A stretch of 64,000 nucleotides of DNA from contig CANQTX010000001.1 of the NCBI GenBank assembly GCA_947626885.1, forward strand, positions 30,741 to 94,740. The letters are read 5' to 3'. The notes below the pieces were generated by a model. That model had not been told where the DNA came from and did no database searches. It saw only the letters and a list, made by a program, of their open reading frames with translations. This DNA is from an uncultured Clostridia bacterium (GTDB lineage: Bacteria; Bacillota; Clostridia; TANB77; CAG-508). The number at the start of each line of letters is the position of its first letter. Position 1 is the stretch's first letter. The translations under genes were made by a program, and so were the position numbers. This document shows, piece after piece, positions 55,709-64,000 of the stretch.

Positions 55709-58207
55709 TTATTTTACTGCAGCTTCATAAACATTAATCATCTCTTCAAGAGTTGTAGCATTGTTTATTTCTCTCCTTGCAGTTTCTTTTACAGAAGCTT
55801 CTTTATCAACAAGTGCCACATCATTAATTAATGTAATTAATTCTGTTTTCAAAGCTTTTCTTAATTCACTTAATAAAGTAGCTTCTTTTGTTTCATAATC
55901 AGCCCAAGAATTAGCTGAATCCATAGTAGCTGATACTTTGTCTAGTATAGGACTTATAGTAGTAAGTGTTTTGTAAGCTCCACCTTTACCATCTTTTAGA
56001 ATTTCTTTGTTTAATGCAGTTACTTCTGCAAGTTCATTAAATTTAGTAGTCATTCTTCCTCTTGCAAATTCTATGTTATATAAATTAGCTTGAGAAGTAA
56101 AATTACTAATTAAAGTTTTTAAAGCATCTTCACTTGTATATGTGCTTGAATCACTACTATCATCAAGAGCTTTTGATAAATTAGCTTTAGTTGTTTCAAG
56201 AGCTTCATATGCTGATTTTGATAAAACTTTATCTGTATCAACTTTTGCAACTAAATTTTCATATTTACCTAATAATTCTAATAAATATACTCTTAATGCT
56301 TCATAAATATTTTTCTTTTGATCGTTACGTATAGCCAATAATTCATCAGCAGTTTCAATTGTATCAATCTTTGCTATTTCTGCATCAATTGTATCTTGAA
56401 TAGCAGTAATATATTTTTCTGTTGATTCTTCTGCTGTTGTGCTTTGTAATGTTGTATCTGCTATTGTTGCTACATATTTATTAATTTCTCTTCTTGAGTT
56501 ACATGCTGAACGACATACTTGTTTTACAGTTGCTATATTGGCTTTAGCAGTCGTTAAAGCCGTTTCAACTTCTCCTTCCGTTGTAGCACTTTCAATTGTT
56601 TCATAAGCTGCTGTTAATGCATTTTGTAATCTCTCTGTTTCAGCATCTGTATATTCAGGTCCATAATCTTGTTTTACTGATTTAACTGCATTTATATACT
56701 CAGTAACAAGATCATCTATTTTTTCCATTTTAGCATTCCCAGCTAACCAAGATTTTTCATAATCCGCTTTTACAACTGTTTCTGCATTTGCAGCTTGCGT
56801 TTCTGAAAATATTTTTTCTAATTCAGCTTTAGCTTCTGCTATCACTTCTTCTTCAGCATCTGTTAGCTCTTCTACTGCACTAATATACGTATCATTATTT
56901 GTTACAAGTATTTGATCCCATTTTGCTTTATAATTAGCTAATTCATATAAGTCATCTATAGCACTTTCAGCTGTTTCTACTGCTGAACTAACTCCATCAG
57001 TATCTTCTGCAGCATTAATAGCTTCTTGTGCATCAGAAACTACTTTAGCTACTTCTGCTTGTATAGCTTCATCTAATGTCACACCTTCCTCAAGTGGATT
57101 TTCTGTAGACTCATATGATGCAACTTCTTCAACTGCTTCAGTTTTAGCTTTCATTAAATTATATTCAGCTTCTGTTAATCTTCCATTAACAGCATCCTCA
57201 TATAATTCAATTACATCAGCTACATCTGTTGATGTTGCTATTGCATTACGCACAGTATTATATTGTTCTTCTGTTAATATTAATCCACTATGTGCTCCAT
57301 CATCATATAATTTCTTTAAATTCTCTGCTGCATAATCTTGCGCTGTTGCTAATAAATTTCCTTTTGCATCTTTTACAATTGTTTCAGCTTCTTTTATTGT
57401 TTCTGCTTGTGCTAAATCTGATTGTGCTTTATCTATAACATCTTTAAATTTAGATAATTCAGCATATTTTGTATATGAACCTATTTCATATCCATTTAAT
57501 TTAGAATCATTTGCTAACCACTCATTAAAACTGTCTACTACTTCTTCTACTGTTTGTGGTCCAGCTGGTGTTACTTTTACTAATGCAATTTGGATTCCTT
57601 CTACTCTTTTTGCTAATCCCTCTGTTCCTGCATATGTTCCTTCTACTGGGTCAGCTGATGTTACAGTAGATAAATCTCCTGCTTTTACCCAGTTCATCCA
57701 TCCATATCCTGATCCTTGAACATGTGCTCTATACCATAATTCGTATCCGTCTAATCCTTCTACTGCGATTTGGATTCCTTCTACTCTTTTATATAGTCCT
57801 TCTGTTCCTACATAAGTTCCTTCTGCTGGGTTTCCTGCTGGCATTGTGTTTCCTGCTGTTACCCAGTCCATCCATCCATATCCTTGCCCTTGTACGTGTG
57901 CTCTATATTTTAATGTTACACCTTCTGGTACTGCAATTTGGATTCCTTCTACTCTTTTATATAGTCCTTCTGTTCCTGCATAAGTTCCTTCTGCTGGGTC
58001 TGTAGCTACTATATCACTTACTGAGCTTACTACTCCTGGTTTTTCCCATCCATATCCTTGCCCTTGTACATGTGCTCGATATGTAATTATTGGTGCATTT
58101 GTTTCATCAGCTTGTACAATATTTGGTATTATCGCAGTTATTCCCATCATCGTCACTACACTAATTAAAATAATGCACATGGTTTTTCTTAAAAATTTAC
58201 TGTACAT
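55709..58207 (-). CDS. secreted protein: signal peptide, 3 ChW repeats (QGQGYGW variant), long array of alpha-helical repeat modules
   Basis: 832-aa ORF with signal peptide ...IIPNIVQADE. YRAHVQGQGYGW...AGTEGLYKRVEGIQIA occurs three times. About 620 aa of helical repeats follow. Confidence 0.9.
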   Translation of the reverse strand: MYSKFLRKTMCIILISVVTMMGITAIIPNIVQADETNAPIITYRAHVQGQGYGWEKPGVVSSVSDIVATDPAEGTYAGTEGLYKRVEGIQIAVPEGVTLKYRAHVQGQGYGWMDWVTAGNTMPAGNPAEGTYVGTEGLYKRVEGIQIAVEGLDGYELWYRAHVQGSGYGWMNWVKAGDLSTVTSADPVEGTYAGTEGLAKRVEGIQIALVKVTPAGPQTVEEVVDSFNEWLANDSKLNGYEIGSYTKYAELSKFKDVIDKAQSDLAQAETIKEAETIVKDAKGNLLATAQDYAAENLKKLYDDGAHSGLILTEEQYNTVRNAIATSTDVADVIELYEDAVNGRLTEAEYNLMKAKTEAVEEVASYESTENPLEEGVTLDEAIQAEVAKVVSDAQEAINAAEDTDGVSSAVETAESAIDDLYELANYKAKWDQILVTNNDTYISAVEELTDAEEEVIAEAKAELEKIFSETQAANAETVVKADYEKSWLAGNAKMEKIDDLVTEYINAVKSVKQDYGPEYTDAETERLQNALTAAYETIESATTEGEVETALTTAKANIATVKQVCRSACNSRREINKYVATIADTTLQSTTAEESTEKYITAIQDTIDAEIAKIDTIETADELLAIRNDQKKNIYEALRVYLLELLGKYENLVAKVDTDKVLSKSAYEALETTKANLSKALDDSSDSSTYTSEDALKTLISNFTSQANLYNIEFARGRMTTKFNELAEVTALNKEILKDGKGGAYKTLTTISPILDKVSATMDSANSWADYETKEATLLSELRKALKTELITLINDVALVDKEASVKETARREINNATTLEEMINVYEAAVK
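57578..58087 (-). repeat. coding region for the triple ChW repeat of gene 3 (residues about 41-210)
   Basis: Three tandem 53-61-aa units. The DNA of units 1 and 2 is visibly near-identical (ggattccttctactcttttatatagtccttctgttcc recurs). Confidence 0.85.
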
Positions 58208-58242
58208 AAATTTTCCCCCTTCTTTAAAATTATTACAGTAAT

Positions 58243-58272
58243 ATTATAGCACCATTACCAAATATTGGTCAA
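58243..58272 (-). promoter_or_regulatory. sigma-A promoter of ChW gene 3 (extended -10)
   Basis: Minus strand reads TTGACC - 18 nt (ending TGC) - TATAAT. Confidence 0.65.
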
Positions 58273-58446
58273 TGGATTTTCTAACCTGTTTAAGGTTAAA
58301 CCAAGGAATTTTACTTCCAATTTTTTCCAATTTTTAAAAAGCGTAGAAAATACTATGATACAGGTTATTTCACGGCAATATTAGAATCTATTTTTCCTAT
58401 AAAAAAATAAAAATTTTATACACTAAATTGGCATATGATATGAATC

Positions 58447-58487
58447 AAAAATCAGCGAAAATTTAAAACAAATTTTCGCTGATTTTA
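58447..58487 (-). terminator. intrinsic terminator after the rfb operon
   Basis: 16-bp perfect stem aaatcagcgaaaattt/aaattttcgctgattt with a 5-nt loop, followed by a U-run on the minus strand. Confidence 0.8.
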
Positions 58488-58512
58488 GGTTATATTTTCT
58501 TTTTTAATTGGC

Positions 58513-59487
58513 CTACACATTTTCTAAATATTCAGGATGTGCTAAATACCAGTCGATAGTCTTAACAATACCATCTTTAAACATCGTTTTAGGTGCCCAC
58601 CCAAATTCATTTTTTAATTTTGTTGGGTCAATGGCATAACGATAATCATGTCCCTTTCTATCTTCTACAAATGAAATTAGGCTTTCAGGCTTTTCCAGTC
58701 TTGCTAATATTAATTTAACAATTTCAATATTTCTTTTTTCATTATGTCCTCCAATATTATATCGCTCACCTTTTTTCCCTTGATGTAGAACAATATCTAT
58801 TGCTTCACAATGGTCTTCTACATATAACCAATCTCTAATGTTTAATCCTTCTCCATATACAGGTAGTGGCTTATCTTGAAGTGCTAAAGAAATCATATGT
58901 GGAATTAATTTTTCATGATGTTGATATGGTCCATAATTATTAGAACAATTTGTTACGCAAATATTCATTTTGTAAGTTTCTGCATATGCAAAAGCAATTA
59001 AATCTGATGAAGCTTTAGAAGCAGAATAAGGACTATTAGGTTGAATAGGAGAAGTTTCTGTAAAATATCCTTCTTCTCCTAATGTTCCATATACTTCATC
59101 TGTTGAAATATGTACAAAACGATTTGGGCTGCCTTCTCCCCAATACTGTTTGGCAGCTTCCAACAAAGTGTGTGTACCAACGACATTCGTTTGTGTGAAA
59201 ATAAAAGGATTTTTTATACTATTATCTACATGAGACTCTGCAGCAAAGTGAACAATCGCATCTATATCATATTTTTTATATGTTGCCAATACAAAATCAA
59301 AATCACAAATATCTCCTTGTACAAATGTAATTTTATCTTTAATAGCATCTAAATTATGTAAATTTCCCGCATATGTTAATTTATCAAATACAATAATATG
59401 ATATTTTCCTTCATATTTTTTTACCATAAGCTCTGCAAAATTGGCTCCTATAAATCCTGCAGCACCTGTTACTAAAATGTTCTTCAT
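58513..59487 (-). CDS. rfbB: dTDP-glucose 4,6-dehydratase
   Basis: 324-aa ORF with ILVTGAAGFIGANF, the YSASKASSD catalytic triad region and FVHISTDEVYG. Confidence 0.95.
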   Translation of the reverse strand: MKNILVTGAAGFIGANFAELMVKKYEGKYHIIVFDKLTYAGNLHNLDAIKDKITFVQGDICDFDFVLATYKKYDIDAIVHFAAESHVDNSIKNPFIFTQTNVVGTHTLLEAAKQYWGEGSPNRFVHISTDEVYGTLGEEGYFTETSPIQPNSPYSASKASSDLIAFAYAETYKMNICVTNCSNNYGPYQHHEKLIPHMISLALQDKPLPVYGEGLNIRDWLYVEDHCEAIDIVLHQGKKGERYNIGGHNEKRNIEIVKLILARLEKPESLISFVEDRKGHDYRYAIDPTKLKNEFGWAPKTMFKDGIVKTIDWYLAHPEYLENV

Positions 59488-59543
59488 TTCTTTTTTTCTC
59501 CTTTAAAACTTTTTGGTTTCACTCATTTTATCTTATCAAAATC

Positions 59544-60128
59544 TTATGATAAATTTTGAAACAAGTCCGTATCTTTTAATTCTTTTAAACTAGGCCATAA
59601 TGCATCTTTCTCAGAAGTTATATATTCTTCTGGTTTCATTCCTGGTACTTCTGGCCAAACAATACCAATTTCTTCATCATTCCACTTTAGACCACCCTCT
59701 GCCTCATGATTATAAATATCATCACACTTGTAGGTAAATTCTGCTTCATCACTTAGTACTAAAAATCCATGTGCAAATCCTTTAGGTATCATAAACATTC
59801 TTTTATTTTCTTCTGAGATAATCACACCTTCCCATTTTCCATATGTTTTACTGCCTGGTCTTAAATCAACTGCTACATCAAATACTTCTCCTTTTAAGCA
59901 TCTTACTAATTTTGCCTGCGTATTTTCTTTTTGAAAATGTAATCCTCTTAATACACCTTTTTTAGATTTTGATTGATTATCTTGTACAAAATCATTTGTA
60001 ATACCTATTGCTTCAAATTCTGGTTTACTATAGGTTTCCATAAAATAACCTCTATTATCTCCAAAAACAGTTGGTTCAATAATATATACGCCTTCAATAG
60101 ATGTATCTATTCTTTTAAATTTTCCCAT
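59544..60128 (-). CDS. rfbC: dTDP-4-dehydrorhamnose 3,5-epimerase
   Basis: FGDNRGYFMETY, RGLHFQ and PKGFAHGF motifs. I place the start at the ATG at 60126-60128 (MGKFKRIDT, SD gaggaa). The ORF-track 5' extension overlaps rfbA. Confidence 0.93.
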   Translation of the reverse strand: MGKFKRIDTSIEGVYIIEPTVFGDNRGYFMETYSKPEFEAIGITNDFVQDNQSKSKKGVLRGLHFQKENTQAKLVRCLKGEVFDVAVDLRPGSKTYGKWEGVIISEENKRMFMIPKGFAHGFLVLSDEAEFTYKCDDIYNHEAEGGLKWNDEEIGIVWPEVPGMKPEEYITSEKDALWPSLKELKDTDLFQNLS

Positions 60129-60153
60129 AATCAAATTCCTCACTCTTTCTTTT

Positions 60154-61074
60154 TTATTGACCTGCATCAAACAAATCACTTTCATATATGGCTTTATATT
60201 GTTTAAAATCTTGTTCAATAATCTTCTTTAAATATTTTCCATATTCTGTTTTTTTGTATTTTTCGGCTTCTTCTAATACTTGTTCTTTACTAATCCATTC
60301 ATTATGATAAGCAATTTCCTCTAAACAAGCAATTTGTACACCTTGCCTTAGTTCAATAGCTTTTACAAAATCTGCTGCATCAGACAATCTATCTGGTGAA
60401 CCCGTATCAAACCAAGCATAACCATTTCCTAAAGGAATTACTTGCAATTTTCCTTGCTGCATATATACTTTATTAACATCGGTAATTTCTAATTCTCCTC
60501 TTTCTGAAGGTTGAATAGATTTTGCAATTTCTATTACGGTATTGTCATAAAAATAAATTCCTGGTACTGCAAAATTTGATTTAGGCACTCTAGGTTTCTC
60601 TTCAATTGACAATGCTTTTCCTTCACTATCGATTTCTACTACACCATAAGAAGTGGGATCTGCCACTTGATATCCAAAAATAATACCGCCTTCTTTTAAA
60701 TGGCTCGCTGCTTTTAATACTCTTTCAATTCTAGAACCATAAATCATGTTATCTCCTAAAATTAAGGCAACATTATCATCACCAATAAAGTCTTCTCCTA
60801 AAATAAAAGCATCTGCTAATCCTACTGGCTTCTCCTGAATTTTATAAGTAAATTTCATGCCTAATTTAGCACCGCTTCCTAATAAATTTTCAAAAGCTGG
60901 TAAGTGAGTTGGTGTTGAAATAATGAGTACCTCTTTAATTCCTGCCATCATTAGTGTAGATAAAGGATAGTATATCATTGGTTTATCATATACGGGTAAC
61001 ATCTGTTTTGACACTGCTAATGTTACTGGATACAGTCTTGTAGCACTTCCGCCTGCTAAGATAATTCCTTTCAT
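60154..61074 (-). CDS. rfbA: glucose-1-phosphate thymidylyltransferase
   Basis: 306-aa ORF with MKGIILAGGSATRLYPVT, SKQMLPVYDKPMIYYPLS and LGDNMIYG motifs. Confidence 0.95.
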   Translation of the reverse strand: MKGIILAGGSATRLYPVTLAVSKQMLPVYDKPMIYYPLSTLMMAGIKEVLIISTPTHLPAFENLLGSGAKLGMKFTYKIQEKPVGLADAFILGEDFIGDDNVALILGDNMIYGSRIERVLKAASHLKEGGIIFGYQVADPTSYGVVEIDSEGKALSIEEKPRVPKSNFAVPGIYFYDNTVIEIAKSIQPSERGELEITDVNKVYMQQGKLQVIPLGNGYAWFDTGSPDRLSDAADFVKAIELRQGVQIACLEEIAYHNEWISKEQVLEEAEKYKKTEYGKYLKKIIEQDFKQYKAIYESDLFDAGQ

Positions 61075-61114
61075 ATTTTATTCCTCCTACTTTTATTTTT
61101 ACATACAATTTATA

Positions 61115-61981
61115 TTACATATTTTTTAATTCTTCTTTTAAATACTTCTCTAATGCTACTTCATAAGAATCCGGATAAATTCCTACAGAATGTAATTTTT
61201 CTTTAGATAATTGACTATTCGTTGGTCTATCGCTAGATTGCGGATACATTTGCTTATATTCTTGTGAAGTAATCGCTTTTACCTTTGTTGCAATATGAGC
61301 TATTTCAAAAATTTTTCTTGTAAATGCACACCATGTTGTAAATCCTTCGTTGGTAGAATGATAAATACCATATTCTGGTTCTTTTTCCATAATAGCTTCT
61401 ATAATTTCACATAATGTTGTGGTTGATGTAGGACTTCCATGTTGATCATCTACAACACTAATTTCTTCTTTTTCTTTAGATAATTTTAACATGGTTTTTA
61501 CAAAATTTTTACCACCTAGCCCATATAACCATGCAGTTCTTAAAATATAGTACTTTTCTGCCTTTTTTGCATTTTCTTCTCCCACTAATTTGGTTCTACC
61601 ATAAGCACTAACAGGATTTGGCATCATATCTTCCGTGTAAATTTTTTCTACTGATAAATTTCCTGGAAAAACATAATCTGTACTAATATGAATCAATGTT
61701 GCATCTTCCTGCTTAGCAGCTTCTGCAATATTAGCTACCGCTGTTCCATTAACAGATAACGCTAAATCTTCATGCGTTTCACAACCATCTACATTAGTAT
61801 AAGCTGCACAATTGATAATATAATCTGGTTTTACTTCTTTTGCTTTTGCTAAAACAGCTTCTTTGTTGCATATATCTAATGTTTCTATGGTGGTTCCTTC
61901 TACATCATATATTTTTTCTAGTCGCTCTTTTAGTTCTCCACCAAGCATTCCATCCGCTCCAATTAACAATACTTTCTTCAT
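61115..61981 (-). CDS. rfbD: dTDP-4-dehydrorhamnose reductase
   Basis: 288-aa ORF with VLLIGADGMLG, NCAAYTNVD, ISTDYVF and YGRTKLVGE motifs. Confidence 0.93.
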   Translation of the reverse strand: MKKVLLIGADGMLGGELKERLEKIYDVEGTTIETLDICNKEAVLAKAKEVKPDYIINCAAYTNVDGCETHEDLALSVNGTAVANIAEAAKQEDATLIHISTDYVFPGNLSVEKIYTEDMMPNPVSAYGRTKLVGEENAKKAEKYYILRTAWLYGLGGKNFVKTMLKLSKEKEEISVVDDQHGSPTSTTTLCEIIEAIMEKEPEYGIYHSTNEGFTTWCAFTRKIFEIAHIATKVKAITSQEYKQMYPQSSDRPTNSQLSKEKLHSVGIYPDSYEVALEKYLKEELKNM

Positions 61982-62019
61982 TTCTGATATCCTTTCTCTT
62001 TTTTACTTTCGATACGCAC

Positions 62020-62047
62020 ATTATATCACAGCCTATAGAATTGTCAA
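62020..62047 (-). promoter_or_regulatory. near-consensus sigma-A promoter of the rfbDACB operon
   Basis: Minus strand reads TTGACA - 16 nt (ending TGA) - TATAAT, about 35 nt upstream of the rfbD ATG. Confidence 0.65.
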
Positions 62048-62084
62048 AGTTTTTTACACACTTTCCATATTGAACACAAAACTT

Positions 62085-64000
62085 TCACAAATCTGAAACA
62101 ATTTCATAAATATAAATGCTATCTTGTAGATTATCTTCTAATTCAATTGGTTTCTCCATGTGATTGCTATATACTTCTTTTAATTTTATTCCTTTTTGCT
62201 CTAGTTCTTCTTGTTTATGATAAGAAATCATATACTGTACATGAAGTTCTTGTAGTTTTTCTGCTGTTACGTGTAATTCTATTTTATCTTTATCAATTAA
62301 TATAACATCATTTTGGGTATCTAATGTCATTTGCACATGTGCATAACGATTCCAAATAGTTTCTTTTTCTTGATACATTTCTTCTCCCAAAACTGTTTTC
62401 AATAAATCTGTATAAGGATATATATTTGTTGCATTAATGGTTTTGGCACCATTTGCCATTGCATAGTTGGCTACTACCATCATAGTATCTTCACTCATCC
62501 ATAATGCTTCTTTATCTTGGCTTACAATATCTTGTATTTTTTTTGCCAATTTTGTTTCTGTAATACTGCTAATTCCTTTTGTAATAGGATGCACAAATAC
62601 AGATCCACTCAGTGTTAAAATAATCATTATCCCCAATAAAGCATATTTATATCTTTTATCTTCGAAATTTAAAAATAAAAAGGTTAGCACGCATAAAATT
62701 CCTGCAAAAAGTAAAATAAATCCTTTAGAAGAAACCTTTTCGGGTAATGCTAAAAATGGTACTATACACATTACTATCACACTAATTCGGATTTTCGCTT
62801 TCATAGTAAAAAATTCCTTTTCCAGATGTGATATCCAATATAAAAAAATATATATATTCACAAATCCCACAGCAACTGCCATTCTTTCAACTGGAACAAA
62901 TCTTAAAAGCGTTATATTGGCTACTGTTTCTGGAATAGGTAACATGCAAAATACTGTTTCTAATACAGCCACCATTACGGTAGGTAATAAAAATGAAAGA
63001 TGCTCCTGCTTTTGGTAAAGACAGTATAAGCCTATCAACATAGGAATAGGAAATATAGAAATAATATTTGCCATAGCATAATTATCATTTGTTTGAATGA
63101 AAGGTAATAGAAAATTATATAAGTAGCTAAATAAATTCGAAAACCCTTTTCCCCCTGTTTCGATTCTCTTTCCTGGATAAATCATATTAGCAATTATGTT
63201 TAATGTATCTTTTGATAAGTGATAATATCTAAAGCAAAGCACTCCTACTATTGCTATACAACCAATCGCCATTAATCCGTCTTTTAAATTTATTTGATAT
63301 ATTGTACGATTTTTAATGATAATCCAAATTGCTAGCGCTACAAAGATATATCCAAAACTTACCATATAGGCAGGATAAAAAGTAAAAATATAAGAAAGTA
63401 CTGCCCAACTAATTCCTATTATAGATATAAAACGTACTTTAAAAGATTTGGCTGTCATCCATCGATTTAATAATATCACCGCTAATTGTCCAAAAATAAG
63501 AATATCTAAAAAAGCATTAGTAAACCACCATTGACATGCTCCAGAAAAAGCTATGAGAATAGTACCACATACAGATATGCCTTTTTTTCCATCTGTTAGT
63601 AACATACAAAATTCAAAACTAACTAATAGCAAAGCTATCCAACGTAAATTCCACCAAAATGCAAGTCCCATACCACTACTTAAAAAATAATATCCTATAT
63701 TAAATATCTTTCCAATAGAAAGAATATCTTTTACAGGTGGATGTACCACAGAAAATACATCTGTTGGTATTCCTCTTATTTGACGATTCATATATGCAAA
63801 GTGATTGCTTTTTTGAGAGATGGCTAATAATGTTTCTAAAGCATATTCATCAGAATGAATACCTCTAGCAATACCCCATATTGTATTATCTTTTTCTGGC
63901 TCTAGTACCCAATAACTTAAAGCACCATTCGATGAACCTGAATATTGTAACAATGTAAACACTATAATACATACTGCTCCTATGGGATAACGATATCGAA
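62085..64000 (-). CDS. very large polytopic membrane protein, paralog of 19987-22113 (partial; N-terminus beyond the window end)
   Basis: The ORF track starts at an internal GTG (63962). The frame stays open to the window edge, and the extra residues (..RYRYPIGAVCIIVFTLLQYSGSS) align with HRYKIACAFLLFVMIFKYSGSS of the paralog. The true start is therefore outside the window. Confidence 0.8.
   Translation of the reverse strand, partial: RYRYPIGAVCIIVFTLLQYSGSSNGALSYWVLEPEKDNTIWGIARGIHSDEYALETLLAISQKSNHFAYMNRQIRGIPTDVFSVVHPPVKDILSIGKIFNIGYYFLSSGMGLAFWWNLRWIALLLVSFEFCMLLTDGKKGISVCGTILIAFSGACQWWFTNAFLDILIFGQLAVILLNRWMTAKSFKVRFISIIGISWAVLSYIFTFYPAYMVSFGYIFVALAIWIIIKNRTIYQINLKDGLMAIGCIAIVGVLCFRYYHLSKDTLNIIANMIYPGKRIETGGKGFSNLFSYLYNFLLPFIQTNDNYAMANIISIFPIPMLIGLYCLYQKQEHLSFLLPTVMVAVLETVFCMLPIPETVANITLLRFVPVERMAVAVGFVNIYIFLYWISHLEKEFFTMKAKIRISVIVMCIVPFLALPEKVSSKGFILLFAGILCVLTFLFLNFEDKRYKYALLGIMIILTLSGSVFVHPITKGISSITETKLAKKIQDIVSQDKEALWMSEDTMMVVANYAMANGAKTINATNIYPYTDLLKTVLGEEMYQEKETIWNRYAHVQMTLDTQNDVILIDKDKIELHVTAEKLQELHVQYMISYHKQEELEQKGIKLKEVYSNHMEKPIELEDNLQDSIYIYEIVSDL

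Noticed and set aside
60129-60218. 30-codon N-terminal extension of rfbC overlapping the end of rfbA
   Set aside because: The internal ATG at 60128 has an SD and yields the normal RmlC N-terminus (about 194 aa). The extension has no homology-like features.
1-64000. Search for CRISPR arrays, tRNA/rRNA genes, IS elements, integrases, toxin-antitoxin pairs or known defence systems
   Set aside because: None were seen. There are no regularly spaced direct repeats, no cloverleaf-like G+C-rich islands and no transposase- or recombinase-like ORFs. Every gap longer than 100 nt is accounted for by promoter, terminator and leader sequences.

Overview
This is a 64-kb, very AT-rich chromosomal segment; hand counts of sample 60-nt lines give roughly 27-30% G+C. 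It comes from a low-GC Firmicute (Clostridia/Erysipelotrichia-like), but the taxon cannot be resolved by eye. All 49 protein genes I can support lie on the minus strand. I see no rRNA, tRNA, CRISPR array, transposase, integrase or phage genes. Positions 1-11.2 kb are housekeeping: two tandem acetate-kinase paralogs, pta, an orphan G+C-richer secreted-protein gene, nth, a beta-helix membrane protein, rpe, prkC, stp and rlmN. Positions 11.3-64 kb form one giant co-directional cell-envelope glycopolymer super-locus with five parts. (i) rfbD-A-C-B for dTDP-L-rhamnose. (ii) Three monocistronic genes for secreted proteins that each begin with a triple ChW repeat. (iii) A Wzx-dependent module: PglF/PglE/PglC-like initiation, five GT2, one GT61, and TagD plus a TagF-like glycerophosphotransferase. 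(iv) A Wzm/Wzt ABC-exporter module whose Wzt has a C-terminal glycan-binding-type domain, with a two-lobed methyltransferase-like/kinase-like protein and three tandem paralogous double-GT2 enzymes, one carrying a coiled-coil extension. (v) A GtrA/GtrB-type undecaprenyl-phosphate-sugar module surrounded by a second flippase-like gene, GT2s and two pairs of very large polytopic membrane proteins of no family I recognise. The best candidates for new biology are three. First, the ChW-triplet proteins may be wall-anchored coat proteins whose ligand is the polymer made by the surrounding locus. Second, there may be a capped, ruler-controlled ABC-export pathway in a Gram-positive. Third, one lipid-sugar donor system may serve up to five uncharacterised GT-C-like membrane proteins. 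Smaller observations include a 32-bp sense-strand RNA hairpin in front of wzt, a GT2 gene whose conserved N-terminus is reachable only from an ATA codon, and a G7 tract in the first committed gene. All family calls rest on by-eye motif recognition; no searches or alignments were run.
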